A stretch of DNA of 64,000 bases from an uncultured delta proteobacterium (GTDB taxonomy: Bacteria > Myxococcota > Myxococcia > Myxococcales > Anaeromyxobacteraceae), in the NCBI GenBank assembly GCA_963766715.1, contig CAVYBH010000017.1:89868-153867 (forward strand), in the 5' to 3' direction. A model generated the notes under the pieces. It saw only the letters and a list, made by a program, of their open reading frames with translations, made no database searches and was not told where the DNA came from. The translations under genes were made by a program, and so were the position numbers. Below, piece by piece: positions 9,593 through 19,957 of the stretch. How positions within the stretch are numbered: the stretch's first letter is position 1; each line of letters begins with the position of its first letter.

Positions 9593-11655
9593 CACTTGAC
9601 GCGGGTTCCGGGCGGCACGCCGTCGTCGACCAGGACCACCCGAGGCGGGTCGCCGGCGGCGAGCAGCATGCCCTGGGAGGTGATGCCCCGGAGCGCACGC
9701 GGCTCGAGGTTCGCGACCACGACGATGCGGCGGCCGACCAGGACCTCCGGAGCCGGGTACGAGGCGGCGATCCCGGCCACGATGGTGCGCGGCGCGGGCT
9801 CGCCGACGTCGACCTCGATCTGGAGGAGCTTGTCCGCCTTGGGGACGCGCACGGCCGCGCGGACGAGCGCCACCTTGAGCTCCACCTTGGCGAAGTCGTC
9901 GAAGCCGATGATCCCGGGCGCGGCGGCCGGCTTGGCCGTCACCTTGGAGGCGGTCTCGGCCGGGCTGGCCGCCTGGGAGACCCGCGGGGGCTCGGCCGCC
10001 GGCGCGGCGACGAGCTTCGCGACCTGCTTGGCGTCGAGCCTCGCCACCTGGGGGGGCTTCGCCCGGGCGACGACCGGGGGACCGACGAACGGGTCGAAGT
10101 CGGGCGACCAGGCGCCCGGCCGCGACTGGCCGAACGCGGCCGCCAGGTCGTCGGCGAAGACCGGCATCACCGGCCAGAGGAGGACGGCGATGGCGCGCAG
10201 CGCCCGCGCGCAGGAGAGGAGCAGCCGCTGCGACGCCGGGGAGGTCGGCGCCTCCCAGGGCTTGGCCGTCTGGAGCTGCTTGTTGCACAGGTCGGCCACC
10301 TGGTTCACGAGCCGCACCACCTCGCGGAACTCGAGCGCCTGGTAGGCCGCGCGGCCGAGCCGGAGCGCCTCGCGCGCGGCGTTCGCGATCCCCTCGTCGG
10401 GCTCCCCGGTCACCTCCCCGCCGGCGCGCTCGACGAGCGCGAAGACCCGGGACGCCAGGTTGGCGACGTTGTTGGCCAGGTCGGCGTTGATGCGATTGCG
10501 GAACTCGTCGAGGGACAGGTCGAGGTCGGTGACGCCCGGACCCAGGTTGGCCGCGTAGTAGTAGCGGAGCAGCTGGGGATCGAGCCCGCTGTCGAGGTAG
10601 GTGCGGGCGGTGACGAACGTGCCGCGCGACTTCGACATCTTCTCGCCGTTCACGGTGAGGTGACCGTGCACGGCCAGGCGGTGGGGGAGCTTCAGGCCCG
10701 CGGCGCCCAGCATGGCGGGCCAGAACACGGCGTGGAACCGGAGGATGTCCTTGCCGATGAAGTGCTCGAGCCCCGTGGGGGACCCCGGAGCCAGGTAGGT
10801 CGCCTCGAAGAGCTCCGGCGTGAGCCGCGAGCCGGCCGGCGCCTCGGCGGCGAAGAAGTGCTCGGCCGACGAGAGATAGCCGATGGGCGCGTCGAGCCAG
10901 ACGTAGATGAACTTCCCCGGGAACTCGGGATCGTTCACGGGGAACCCGAAGTACGGCGCGTCCCGCGTGATGCACCAGTCCTGGAGGTCGTCGAGCCAGC
11001 CCTTCACCTGCTCGCGGACCGCCGCGTCGAGGTGACCCTCCCCTTCCACCCAGCTCCGGATGGCCGGCTCGACCTTGCGCAGGTTCACGTAGGCGTGGTC
11101 GCTCGCGCGGACCACCGGCGCGGTGCCGCACAGCGCACAGCGCGGGTCCTTCAGCTCCCGGGGATCGTAGGTGGTCCCGCACTTCTCGCAGACGTCGCCG
11201 TACTGGTCCGGGGTGCCGCACTTCGGGCAGGTCCCCTTCACGAAGCGGTCGGGCAGGAAGCGGGAGTCCTTCTGGCAGAAGAGCTGCTCGACCGACTTCT
11301 TGTAGATGAGCCCCTTCTGCTTCAGCGCGTCCCAGATCCGCCACGCCCACTTCCGGTTCTCCTCGGAGTCGGTCGTGTAGTAGGTGCTGAAGTCGACGCC
11401 GAAGCGCTGGAAGTCGGCGTGCTGCTCCTGGCGGTAGCGCTCGACGAACTCCCGCGGGCTGACGCCGGCCTTGGCCGCGTTCACCTCGATGGGGGTTCCG
11501 TGGGAGTCGGCGGCGCACACGTAGGTCACGTCGTCGCCGAGCGAGCGGCGGTAGCGGACGTAGACGTCGGTCTGGATGTACTCGACGAGGTGGCCCAGGT
11601 GGATCGAGCCGTTGGCGTACGGCAGGGCGCTCGTCACGAGAAGCTTCTGGCTCAA
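9592..11655 (-). CDS. metG: Methionine--tRNA ligase
   Basis: TTG 11655 is preceded by GGAGAGGAG with a 6-nt spacer, giving (M)SQKLLVTSALPYANGSIHLGH (HIGH motif). Also present: zinc knuckle CPKCGTPDQYGDVCEKCG, KMSKS, and a C-terminal Trbp111-like tRNA-binding domain. The start overlaps the holA stop (TTGA). Confidence 0.9.
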   Translation of the reverse strand: MSQKLLVTSALPYANGSIHLGHLVEYIQTDVYVRYRRSLGDDVTYVCAADSHGTPIEVNAAKAGVSPREFVERYRQEQHADFQRFGVDFSTYYTTDSEENRKWAWRIWDALKQKGLIYKKSVEQLFCQKDSRFLPDRFVKGTCPKCGTPDQYGDVCEKCGTTYDPRELKDPRCALCGTAPVVRASDHAYVNLRKVEPAIRSWVEGEGHLDAAVREQVKGWLDDLQDWCITRDAPYFGFPVNDPEFPGKFIYVWLDAPIGYLSSAEHFFAAEAPAGSRLTPELFEATYLAPGSPTGLEHFIGKDILRFHAVFWPAMLGAAGLKLPHRLAVHGHLTVNGEKMSKSRGTFVTARTYLDSGLDPQLLRYYYAANLGPGVTDLDLSLDEFRNRINADLANNVANLASRVFALVERAGGEVTGEPDEGIANAAREALRLGRAAYQALEFREVVRLVNQVADLCNKQLQTAKPWEAPTSPASQRLLLSCARALRAIAVLLWPVMPVFADDLAAAFGQSRPGAWSPDFDPFVGPPVVARAKPPQVARLDAKQVAKLVAAPAAEPPRVSQAASPAETASKVTAKPAAAPGIIGFDDFAKVELKVALVRAAVRVPKADKLLQIEVDVGEPAPRTIVAGIAASYPAPEVLVGRRIVVVANLEPRALRGITSQGMLLAAGDPPRVVLVDDGVPPGTRVK

Positions 11656-13025
11656 GCGGTTCTCCTCTCCCGATCCGGGTCGCGGAGCAGCCCGACGAGA
11701 CATCGCTCGACGAGGACCGCGCCGTCGGATCCGGTCTTCATGGAATGGTCGGCCTCGGCCAGGGAGGCGAGGCCATCGAGCAGCTCGGCGCGCGTGAACC
11801 GCGCGGCCGCCTGGTACTTCATCCAGAGGCCGTAGGGCTTCCGCTCCCCCAGCTCCTCCGGGTCGATGGTGGGGAGCACGCTGGCGCTCCAGTCGCCGAA
11901 GGAGGCGATCCGCTTGCCCCCCGAGGCCAGCCGGCCGCGCTCCTGCTCGACCAGCATCCGGCGGATCGTCCCGGCGAGCGACCCCACCAGCATGTGGGGA
12001 CTGGCCCCGTCGGCGAAGCTGCGGCGCAGGACGCCGAGCGCCCCGGCGAGGTCGCGGGCCTCCACGGCGTTGCCGAGCGCGAAGAACGGGTCGGAGGCGG
12101 TGCGCACCACCACCGCGTCCACGTCGGCCGCCCGGATCTCCTTGCGGTCCCCGACGAAGGCCGCCAGCTTCGCCACCTCGGCGGCCAGCGCGCGGGCGTC
12201 CGTGCCGACCAGGGCCGCGAGCCGGTCCTCGGCGCCGCGGTCCACCGACTTTCCGGTCCCGGCGAGCATCTCCTCGATGAGCGGCCCGAGCACGGGTCGC
12301 TGCGCGTCCCAGCTCCCCTCGCTCTTCACCGCGAGCGTGATGCGGCATCCCGCCGACGCCAGCCGCTTCACCACCGGCAGCCGCCCGTCCACCTTCCCGG
12401 CGGCCACCACGAGCACGTACCCGGGAGGCAGGCCGCGCTCGAGGAGCGCGTCGAGGGCGGCCACGTCGTCCTTCGCCGCCTGGAGGTTCTTCTCCCCCGC
12501 GTAGCGCCCGGCGTCGCGCAGGAACGCCCCGTCCTCCGGGCGGAGGCCGTCGTCGGGCTGGAGCTTCCGCTCCCACTCCTCGATCGGGGGCGGCGACTCG
12601 CCGCAGAGGTCGGAGGTGGACCAGCCGAACCGGGCCGCCAGCGCCACCAGCCTGCGCGCGGCCTCCCGTTGCCGGCCCTCGCGCCACATGTCGCTCGCCC
12701 TCGCGAAGGCGCCGGCCAGGTCCTCCTTCGACTGGAGGAAGGCCGGTTCCGCCACGACGACGACCTTCCCGCCGCCGAAGAGTCCTCCGGTGGCGAGCTC
12801 GGCGGCCACCTCGGCCGGGCTGGCCGCCGCGTCGAGCTCCACCAGGTTGAGCGACCGCTGCGCCTCGGGCACGAGCGCCTCCGCGATGCTCCGGCCCGCC
12901 CGCTGGGTGAGGAACGGATCGCCGTCGAGCAGGTAGACCGGCGACGGCTTCCCCTCCCGGATCGCCGCGAGCGCGCCCTCCAGGTCGAGCGCCGGCTCCT
13001 TCTTGCGCGCCGGAGCCCTAGCCAT
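11652..13025 (-). CDS. holA: DNA polymerase III delta subunit
   Basis: ATG 13025 overlaps the holB stop by 8 nt (ATGGCTAG). The N-terminal pattern PVYLLDGDPFL...LFGGGKVVVV and C-terminal helices (SPHMLVGSLAGTIRRML) fit HolA. At 457 aa it is longer than the E. coli protein. Confidence 0.75.
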   Translation of the reverse strand: MARAPARKKEPALDLEGALAAIREGKPSPVYLLDGDPFLTQRAGRSIAEALVPEAQRSLNLVELDAAASPAEVAAELATGGLFGGGKVVVVAEPAFLQSKEDLAGAFARASDMWREGRQREAARRLVALAARFGWSTSDLCGESPPPIEEWERKLQPDDGLRPEDGAFLRDAGRYAGEKNLQAAKDDVAALDALLERGLPPGYVLVVAAGKVDGRLPVVKRLASAGCRITLAVKSEGSWDAQRPVLGPLIEEMLAGTGKSVDRGAEDRLAALVGTDARALAAEVAKLAAFVGDRKEIRAADVDAVVVRTASDPFFALGNAVEARDLAGALGVLRRSFADGASPHMLVGSLAGTIRRMLVEQERGRLASGGKRIASFGDWSASVLPTIDPEELGERKPYGLWMKYQAAARFTRAELLDGLASLAEADHSMKTGSDGAVLVERCLVGLLRDPDRERRTA

Positions 13026-14040
13026 GGTGGAACCACCCGATGAGCATGTGCTCGAGGGCCAGCGGCGCGCTGGCGTTGTGGCGGAGCGCGGCGATGGCCC
13101 GCCGGACCGACTCGATCCGGCGCAGCGCCGCCTCGGGCCCCAGCCTCGCCGCGGCGGCGGTGGCGTCCTCGAGATCGGCGAGCGCGAGCGGCGTGGCCTC
13201 CCCACCGGCGGCCCGCACCAGCACGTCCCGGAGCCACACCAGCAGGAGCTCGCAGAGCTCCCGGGCCTGCTCCCGCTTCTCCCCCCGGCGCTTCGCGAAG
13301 GCGATCCAGGCGCGGGCGTCGTCGGGAAGCCCGGCCGCCTCCTCGACCGCGGCGCGCCGCTCCCCGATGGTCTCGTCGTCGAGCGTGAGCGCCTTCCCCA
13401 TCGAGCCGGCGGCGAGCGTGGTGGCCAGTCGGGCGAGGTCCGGCGCGCGACCCGCGGCCACGAGCCTCTCCTCCACCGCGGCGGCGGGCAGCGGTGCGAA
13501 CGGGAGGCGCAGGCAGCGGGAGCGGACCGTGGGCAGGAGGCCGTCGGCCGACGAGGAGACGAGCACCAGGGTCGTCTCGGGCGGCGGCTCCTCGAGCGTC
13601 TTCAGGAGGGCGTTCTGGGACTGCGGATTCATCGCGTCGGCCGGGTCGAGGAGGACGAATCGCCGCCGGCCCTCGAAGCGGCGCAGCGAGAGGCGCCGAT
13701 CGACGAGCTCCCGGATCTGATCGACCACGATGTCCCGCGACGGCGTGCGCCCGCCCTTGGGCTCCCATCGCCCCGCCCGGGCCATGTCCCGCTCCCGCTC
13801 CACCACCAGGACGTCGGGGTGGACGCCCCGGGCGATCTTGCGGCAGGAGGGGCAGGCGCCGCAGGCGTCGCCGTCGGCGCGCTCGCAGTTGGCGGCCTGG
13901 GCGAGGAGCCGGGCCACGGTACCCTTCCCCACCCCCTCCGGACCGGCGAACAGGTAGGCGTGGTGCAGCGCGCCGCGGCGAAGCGCAGCGCGCAGGGCAT
14001 CGACGGCCCGTTCCTGGCCGATGATCTCCGCGAAGGGCAT
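13018..14040 (-). CDS. holB: DNA polymerase III delta-prime subunit
   Basis: ATG 14040 (MPFAEIIGQERAV). P-loop-like GPEGVGKG, zinc module CERADGDACGACPSCRK, and SRC motif TVRSRC. The remainder of ORF 13018..16587 belongs to the next gene or to shadows. Confidence 0.85.
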   Translation of the reverse strand: MPFAEIIGQERAVDALRAALRRGALHHAYLFAGPEGVGKGTVARLLAQAANCERADGDACGACPSCRKIARGVHPDVLVVERERDMARAGRWEPKGGRTPSRDIVVDQIRELVDRRLSLRRFEGRRRFVLLDPADAMNPQSQNALLKTLEEPPPETTLVLVSSSADGLLPTVRSRCLRLPFAPLPAAAVEERLVAAGRAPDLARLATTLAAGSMGKALTLDDETIGERRAAVEEAAGLPDDARAWIAFAKRRGEKREQARELCELLLVWLRDVLVRAAGGEATPLALADLEDATAAAARLGPEAALRRIESVRRAIAALRHNASAPLALEHMLIGWFHHG

Positions 14041-14108
14041 GGGGCGCGGGAAAGATAACACGGAGGCGGCCCCGGCGCGGCCGTCCCGCAGCGCCGGCCG
14101 ACCGCCCC

Positions 14109-16587
14109 CTACGCCCCCCGGCCGGCCAGCCTCGCCACCGCCTCCGCCAGTTCCCGGGGGTCGACGGGCTTGGCCAGGAAGGCCTGGAACCCCGCCCCGA
14201 GGGCCCGGGCCCGGTCGCCCTCCTGCGTGTAGGCGGTCAGCGCGGCCGCCGGCACCTGGCCACCCCGGGAGGGGTCGAGGGAGCGGACGCGACGGATGAG
14301 CGAGATGCCGTCCTCCCCCGGCATGCCGATGTCGGAGAGCAGCACGTCCGGCGGCTCGCCCGAGAGGGCCTGGAACGCGTCCGACGCCGACGCGGCGGTG
14401 GAGACCCGGGCGCCGGCCTGCTCGAGGAGGTGACGGAGCGCCTCGAGCGTGTCCACGTCGTCGTCCACGACCAGCACGTGGACGTCCCGAAGGTCGGCCA
14501 TGGCCCCCGCACCGGTCGCGGCCCGGGGCCCCGGGCGCTCGGCGGGGCGGGACTCGTGCCGGGGCGCCTCGATGGGCAGCGGCAGGTCCACGGTGAAGCA
14601 GGCTCCCCGGTTCCGGCCCGGGCTGGAGGCGGCCACGCTCCCGCCGTGGGCCTCGACGAGGTGGCGCACGATGGCGAGCCCGATGCCCAGCCCGCCGTGC
14701 GCCCGGGTCGGGCTCGAATCGCCCTGCCGGAAGCGCTCGAAGACGTGGGGGAGGAACCCGGACTCGATGCCGGGCCCGTCGTCCTCGACCTCCAGCCGGA
14801 CGCGGTCCGGAAGGCGACGGAGCCGCACCTCGACCCGGCCGCCCGGCTGGGTGAACTTGATGGCGTTGGCCAGCAGGTTCCAGGTCACCTGCTGCAGGCG
14901 GGACGGGTCGCCGCGCACCGAGCCCGCGCCCTCCGCCAGGTGGAGCTCGAGGTGGATCCCCTTGGCGGTGGCGGCGGGGCGAACCGTCTCGACCGCGGCC
15001 TCCACCGCCGCGGCCAGGTCCATCTCCCGGATGTCGAGCTTGAGTCGACCCCGGACGATCCGGGCCACGTCGAGGAGGTCGTCGACAATCTGCGCCTGGG
15101 TCATCGCGCTCCGCTCGATGGCCTCCATCGCCCGGGTCGTGGCGGCCTCGTCGAGCCTCCCGGTGCGCAGCAGGCGGGCCCAGCCCAGCACGGCGTTGAG
15201 CGGCGTGCGCAGCTCGTGCGAGACGGTGGCGATGAACTCGTCCTTGGCCCGGCTGGCCCGCTCCGCCTCGGCGCGGGCCTCCTGCTCCCGGGCGAGCAGC
15301 GCGGCGCGCTCCGCCTCCGCACGGCGGGCCTCGGTCCGGTCCCCGAAGACCAGCGCGACGCCCTGGGGGCTGCCGCCCTCCGCCCGGATGGGCGCGACCA
15401 ATCCCTCGATCGGGTACTCGACGCCGGACCGGGCGAGGAGCGTGACGCCGGGCCCCAGCGGCACCGGGCCGCCGCGGGTCATCGCCACCGCGACCGGGTC
15501 CGGAATGGGCTGCCGGGACCCGTCCACCGCGCGGAAGACGTCGTCCAGCAGGCGCCCGGCCGCCTCCGGGCCGGCGCCGGTGAGCTTCTCCGCCACGGCG
15601 TTCAGCAGGGTCACCCTGCCGTCCACGTCGGTGGCGATGACCGCGTCGCCAATCGACGCCAGCGTGGTCCGGAGCCACTCCCGCTGCTTCCGCTCGGTCT
15701 CCTGGGCGCGGAGGCGATCCCCCTCCATGTCGCCCAGCGCGAGCGCGTTCCAGTAGACGACGGCCGCCGCCACCACCACCGCGCTCACCACCACGAAGGA
15801 CGCGCCGAGGAGCGCCTCGTACTTCCCGGCGCGCAGTCCGACGACGAGGAAGAGCCACCCCAGCGCGATGGGAACCACGAAGACCGCTCCGATGAGCCGG
15901 CGCGCCATGAACCCCGCCAGCCCGGGACCGGTGAAGACCCTCATCAGGCCGGCCTGCGGGCGGTCGAAGAGCAGCGCGGTGACGAGGAGGAGGAAGGCGA
16001 TCCCGGCGTAGAACGGCACCCGCGTGTTGGCGGCCAGCCCTTCCATCGGCTCGACGCCGTAGGCGAATCCGATGATGGCCTGCAGGGGAACGAGCGCGGC
16101 GGCCAGGGCCAGGAGCTGGGCGGGCCGGGTGCCGGCCCGGGTCTCGAAGTCGTGGACGGAGCAGCGCCACCCCGATGAAGAGGAAGGCCAGCGCGCTGTT
16201 GGGCGCCATCCGGCCCGGGTGGATCTCGCCCGATCCCCCGCGCTCGTGGACCAGGAGCTGGTCAATCCCGAGGTCGATGGCGAGGACGTACTCGACGAGC
16301 GTGAAGAAGCCGACCGCCGCCACCACCGCCCCGGCGATCTTGGCCACCAGGCGCGCCCGGGGGCCGGATCGGCGGGAGGCGAGCGTCCGGGCCGCCAGCC
16401 CGGCCGCCAGGAACCCCAGCGCGGAGTTGGCCTTGACGCTCAGTGACCCGGGAAGGCCCGAGCGCAGGAGCGGCAGGTCGATCGCCCAGCCGATGAGCAC
16501 CGCGACGCCGAGGAAGGCGGTGGCCTCGGCGGCCGCGCGGGCCAGCATCTCGAGGTTTCGGGGAAGACGCCGGGAGTCGACGGACAT
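14109..16587 (-). pseudogene. Hybrid sensor histidine kinase (multi-TM sensor, PAS, HisKA, HATPase, REC); frame broken once (~16161)
   Basis: The N-terminal membrane part MSVDSRRLPRNLE...NSALAFLFIGVALL (frame of 16587) continues as VHDFETRAGTRPAQLLALAAAL... (frame of ORF 14109..16265) after a +1 jump. Downstream are PAS (SIGDAVIATDVDGRVTLLN), H-box VSHELRTPLN, HATPase boxes (NLLANAIKF, DDGPGI, GGLGIGLAIV) and REC (VLVVDDD...LLSDIGMPGEDG). Confidence 0.75.
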
Positions 16588-16733
16588 GGGGGCGGCGAGC
16601 GGGAACGCGTCCGGCTCGACGCCATCGTGGCTCCCTCCCCCCCGGAGCGCAAGCGCAGCGGGCGGGCGCGAGCCACCTGGCTCGCGAGTGGACCCCGGCG
16701 GGGCCCGTGCTACCCTTCCGGGCGGAGGACGCC

Positions 16734-17240
16734 ATGAAGATCACCCCCCTCGACATCCAGCAGAAGCGGTTCTCCCGCTCGCTGCGCGGCTACGACCGGG
16801 AGGAGGTCGAGGCCTTCCTCTCGCTCGCCTCGGGCGCCCTCGAGGACCTGATCAAGGAGCTCCACGCGCTGCGGGAGGACGTGCAGCGCAAGGACGACGA
16901 GATCGCCGGGCACCGGGGCCGGGAGCGCGCGCTCCAGGAGACGCTGGTCACGGCCCAGCGCGCCAGCGACGAGATCCGGGAGTCGGCCCGGCGAGAGAGC
17001 GAGATCACCATCGGAGAGGCCGAGCTCCAGGCCGAGAAGATCGTGCAGGGCGCCCACCAGCGCTTCGTGCGGATCGTCGACGACATCCAGGAGGTGAAGC
17101 GGCTCCGGATCCAGTTCGAGGCCTCCGTCCGCGCGCTGGTCGAGGGGCACGCGAAGCTCCTCGACACCTTCCGGGACACGGGAACCGAGGACCCGGTGGA
17201 GTTCCTGACCGGGCGGAAGAAGGGCTCCGGCGAGAGCTGA
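16734..17240 (+). CDS. DivIVA domain-containing protein
   Basis: ATG 16734 is preceded by GGAGG. The N-terminus MKITPLDIQQKRFSRSLRGYDREEVEAFL is the DivIVA lipid-binding signature and is followed by coiled coil. Confidence 0.85.
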   Translation: MKITPLDIQQKRFSRSLRGYDREEVEAFLSLASGALEDLIKELHALREDVQRKDDEIAGHRGRERALQETLVTAQRASDEIRESARRESEITIGEAELQAEKIVQGAHQRFVRIVDDIQEVKRLRIQFEASVRALVEGHAKLLDTFRDTGTEDPVEFLTGRKKGSGES

Positions 17241-17252
17241 CCGGGCCGCGGG

Positions 17253-19944
17253 TCAGTGGGCCTCGGCCCAGCTGTGCCCGTGCCCCACCTCGACGTCGAG
17301 CGGCACCTTCAGCTCGGCTGCGCCCTCCATGGCGCGTCGCACCAGCATCTCGGCGGCCGCCACCTGCCCCGCCGCCACCTCCAGCACGAGCTCGTCGTGC
17401 ACCTGGAGCAGCATCCGGGCGTCGAGCCCCTCGGCGGCGAGCGCCCGGTCCACCCGGAGCATGGCGAGCTTGATGATGTCGGCCGCCGTCCCCTGGATGG
17501 GCGTGTTCACGGCCATCCGCTCGGCCGCCTGGCGGAGCCCGGGATTGCGGGCGCGGATGTCGGGGAGCTCGCGGCGTCGTCCCCAGAGCGTGCGCACGGC
17601 GCCGGTCTCCCGCGCCCCGGCCACGGTGGCGTCGAGCCACCGCTTCACTCCCGCGTACCGGGCGAAGTACCGATCGATGATGGCCTGGGCCTCGGCCGGC
17701 GGGAGGTCGAGCCGCTGGGCCAGGCCGAAAGCCGACAGCCCGTAGGCGATCCCGAAGTTGAGCACCTTGGCGACCCGGCGCTGGTCCGGCGTCACCTCCC
17801 CGGGGGCCACGCCGAAGGTCTCCGCCGCGGTGCGGGTGTGCACGTCCTCGCCCCGCTGGAAGCTGTCGAGCAGGGAGGCGTCCTCGGCGTAGTGGGCGAG
17901 GATGCGCAGCTCGATCTGCGAGTAGTCGGCCGAGACGAGCAGCCGGCCCGGCGGCGCGACGAAGGCGGCGCGGAATCCGGCGCGCCAGGTCGGTCCGGAC
18001 CGGGATGTTCTGGAGGTTCGGATCCTGCGACGAGAGGCGCCCGGTGGCCGCGCCGGCCTGGTTGTAGGTGGTGTGGAGCCGCCCGTCGGCCGGGTCGACC
18101 AGCGCCGGCAGCGCGTCGACGTAGGTGCCCTTCAGCTTGGAGAGGGATCGGTGCTCGAGCACGAGGCGAGGCAGCGGGTGCTCCTCGGCCAGCTTCTCGA
18201 GGACGTCCTGGTCCGTCGAGGGTCCGGTCTTGAGCCGCTTCACCACCGGAAGACCGAGGTCGACGAAGAGGACCTGGGCGAGCTCCCGGGTCGAGGCGAT
18301 GTGGAAGGCGCGCCCGGCCGACTCGTGGATGCGCGCCTCCAGGCCCTGCATGGCCGCGCCGAACTCGGCGCTCATCGCTCCCATGGCCGCGGAGTCCACC
18401 GCGATGCCGACCTGCTCCATCCCCGCCAGCACCGGGACGAGCGGGCGCTCCACCTCCGCGTGGAGCCGCCCGAGCCCGTCGTCGTCGAGCGCGACCTGCA
18501 GCGCCGCGGCCAGTCCGGGGAGGACGGCCGCCGCCGCGCCCGCCTGCGCCGCCGTCTCCTCGACCGGGAAGGTGGCCGGGTCCCCTCCCCCTCTCCCGGA
18601 CGTCGCGCGAGGCGGAGCGACCTCCAGCGCGATCCGCTCCCGGGCCACGTCGGCGAGCGAGTGCTCGCGCCGGGAAGGAAGCAGGAGGCGGCTCGCGAGC
18701 TCCGTGTCGAGACCTCGATCCGGGAGCACGAGCCCCAGGTGGCGAAGGGCGTGGATCTCCGACTTGAGGTCGTGGGTGTGGACCGCGACCGCGGGATCGG
18801 CGAGAAGCGGCCCGAGCCCGGCCGCGACCTCGGCCGCCGGGAGCTGGGCGGGCGCACCCAGGTAGTGATGATGGATCGGCACGTACCAGGCCCGGCCCGC
18901 GGCCGCGAAGGCGATGCCCGCGGGCGCGACCGTGCGAGGGGCCGGCGACGAGAAGGCGGCGCGGAGCCCCACCTGCCCGGCGCGCCTCGCCTCGGCGACG
19001 GCGGCATCGAGGGCCGCGCGGGAGGTGACGATCTCGGCCGTCACGGCGCTCTCGCGCGGAGCGGGAGCAGGGAGCTCCCGGAGGAGCCGCCCGAACTCCA
19101 GCTCGGTGAAGAGGGCCCGGGCGCGCTCGGCGTCGACCGGGCGCCGGGACAGGTCGACGGGTCGCTCGGCCAGGGCGACGTCCTCCTTGAGGGCCACAAG
19201 CGTCCGGTTGAGCCGGATGCGGTCGGCGTGGGCCACGATCTTCTCCCGGAGCTTCTCCCCGCCCCGAGGCACCGCCGCCGGGATCTCGCCGGGACGGGCG
19301 AGCATCGCCTCGACGGTCCCGAAGTGGCGGACGAGCGCGGCCGCCGTCACCTCGCCCACGCCCGGGACGCCCGGCACGTTGTCGATCTTGTCGCCGGTGA
19401 GCGCCATCACCTCGACGACCTGCGCGGGCGGGACGCCCATCTTCTTCTCGACGTCGGCCGGCCGGGTCCACCCTCCCCGGCCCGCCGCCTCCGCCATGGG
19501 GTCGTAGAGCTCGATCCCATCGCCGACCAGCTGGGCGAAGTCCTTGTCCCCGGTGACGATCACCACCTCGAAGCCGTCGGCGCGGGCCCTGCGGGCCAGC
19601 GTGGCGATGACGTCGTCCGCCTCGACGCCCTCCTCCTCGATCACCGGCACGTCGAGCGCGCGGGCGACGTCGCGGACGAGCGGGAACTGCCGGGCGAGGT
19701 CCTCGGGGGCCTCCGGGCGGTTCGCCTTGTACTGGGGATCGAGCTCGGTGCGGAAGCTCCTGCGGCTCTTGTCGAAGACCAGGGCCGCGTGGGTCGGCGC
19801 GTGCTCCCGGAGCGCCTTCAGGAGCATCGTGGTGAAGCCGTAGACGGCGTTGGTGGGAACGCCCTTCGTCGTGGAGAGGTGGGGGATGGCGTGAAAGGCC
19901 CGGAAGATGAAGCCGGACCCGTCGATGAGCGTGAGCGTGGGCAT
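17253..19944 (-). pseudogene. polA: DNA polymerase I; frame broken once (~17972)
   Basis: 5'-nuclease N-terminus: LIDGSGFIFRAFHA...GDKDFAQL. The polymerase domain runs to ...NLQNIPVRTDLARRI, then jumps +1 to ...FVAPPGRLLVSADYSQIELRILAHY...NFGIAYG...QVHDELV...HSWAEAH* (ORF 17253..17843). The observed cggattccgc reads correctly as cggatccgc. Confidence 0.9.
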
Positions 19945-19957
19945 CTGCCCGCCGCGC

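Noticed and set aside
13018-16587. 1189-aa ORF that looks like one giant protein
   Set aside because: It is a concatenation. The N-terminal ~140 aa are the real start of the hybrid kinase, the middle is an Arg/Pro/Gly-rich out-of-frame shadow of that kinase, and the last 340 aa are holB, which has its own ATG at 14040.
16667-16686. 9-bp perfect inverted repeat CGCGAGCCA-cc-TGGCTCGCG in the divergent kinase/divIVA intergenic region
   Set aside because: At this base composition, my rough estimate is that several perfect 9-bp inverted repeats with short spacers are expected by chance in 64 kb. I have no supporting evidence for a binding protein.
17238-17256. Hairpins or palindromes containing both convergent stop codons (ctgacc-N8-ggtcag at divIVA/polA; TGATCA at 60859-60864 for SRPBCC/purA)
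   Set aside because: The stems are short and there are no U-tracts. They are most likely incidental to TGA/TCA symmetry.
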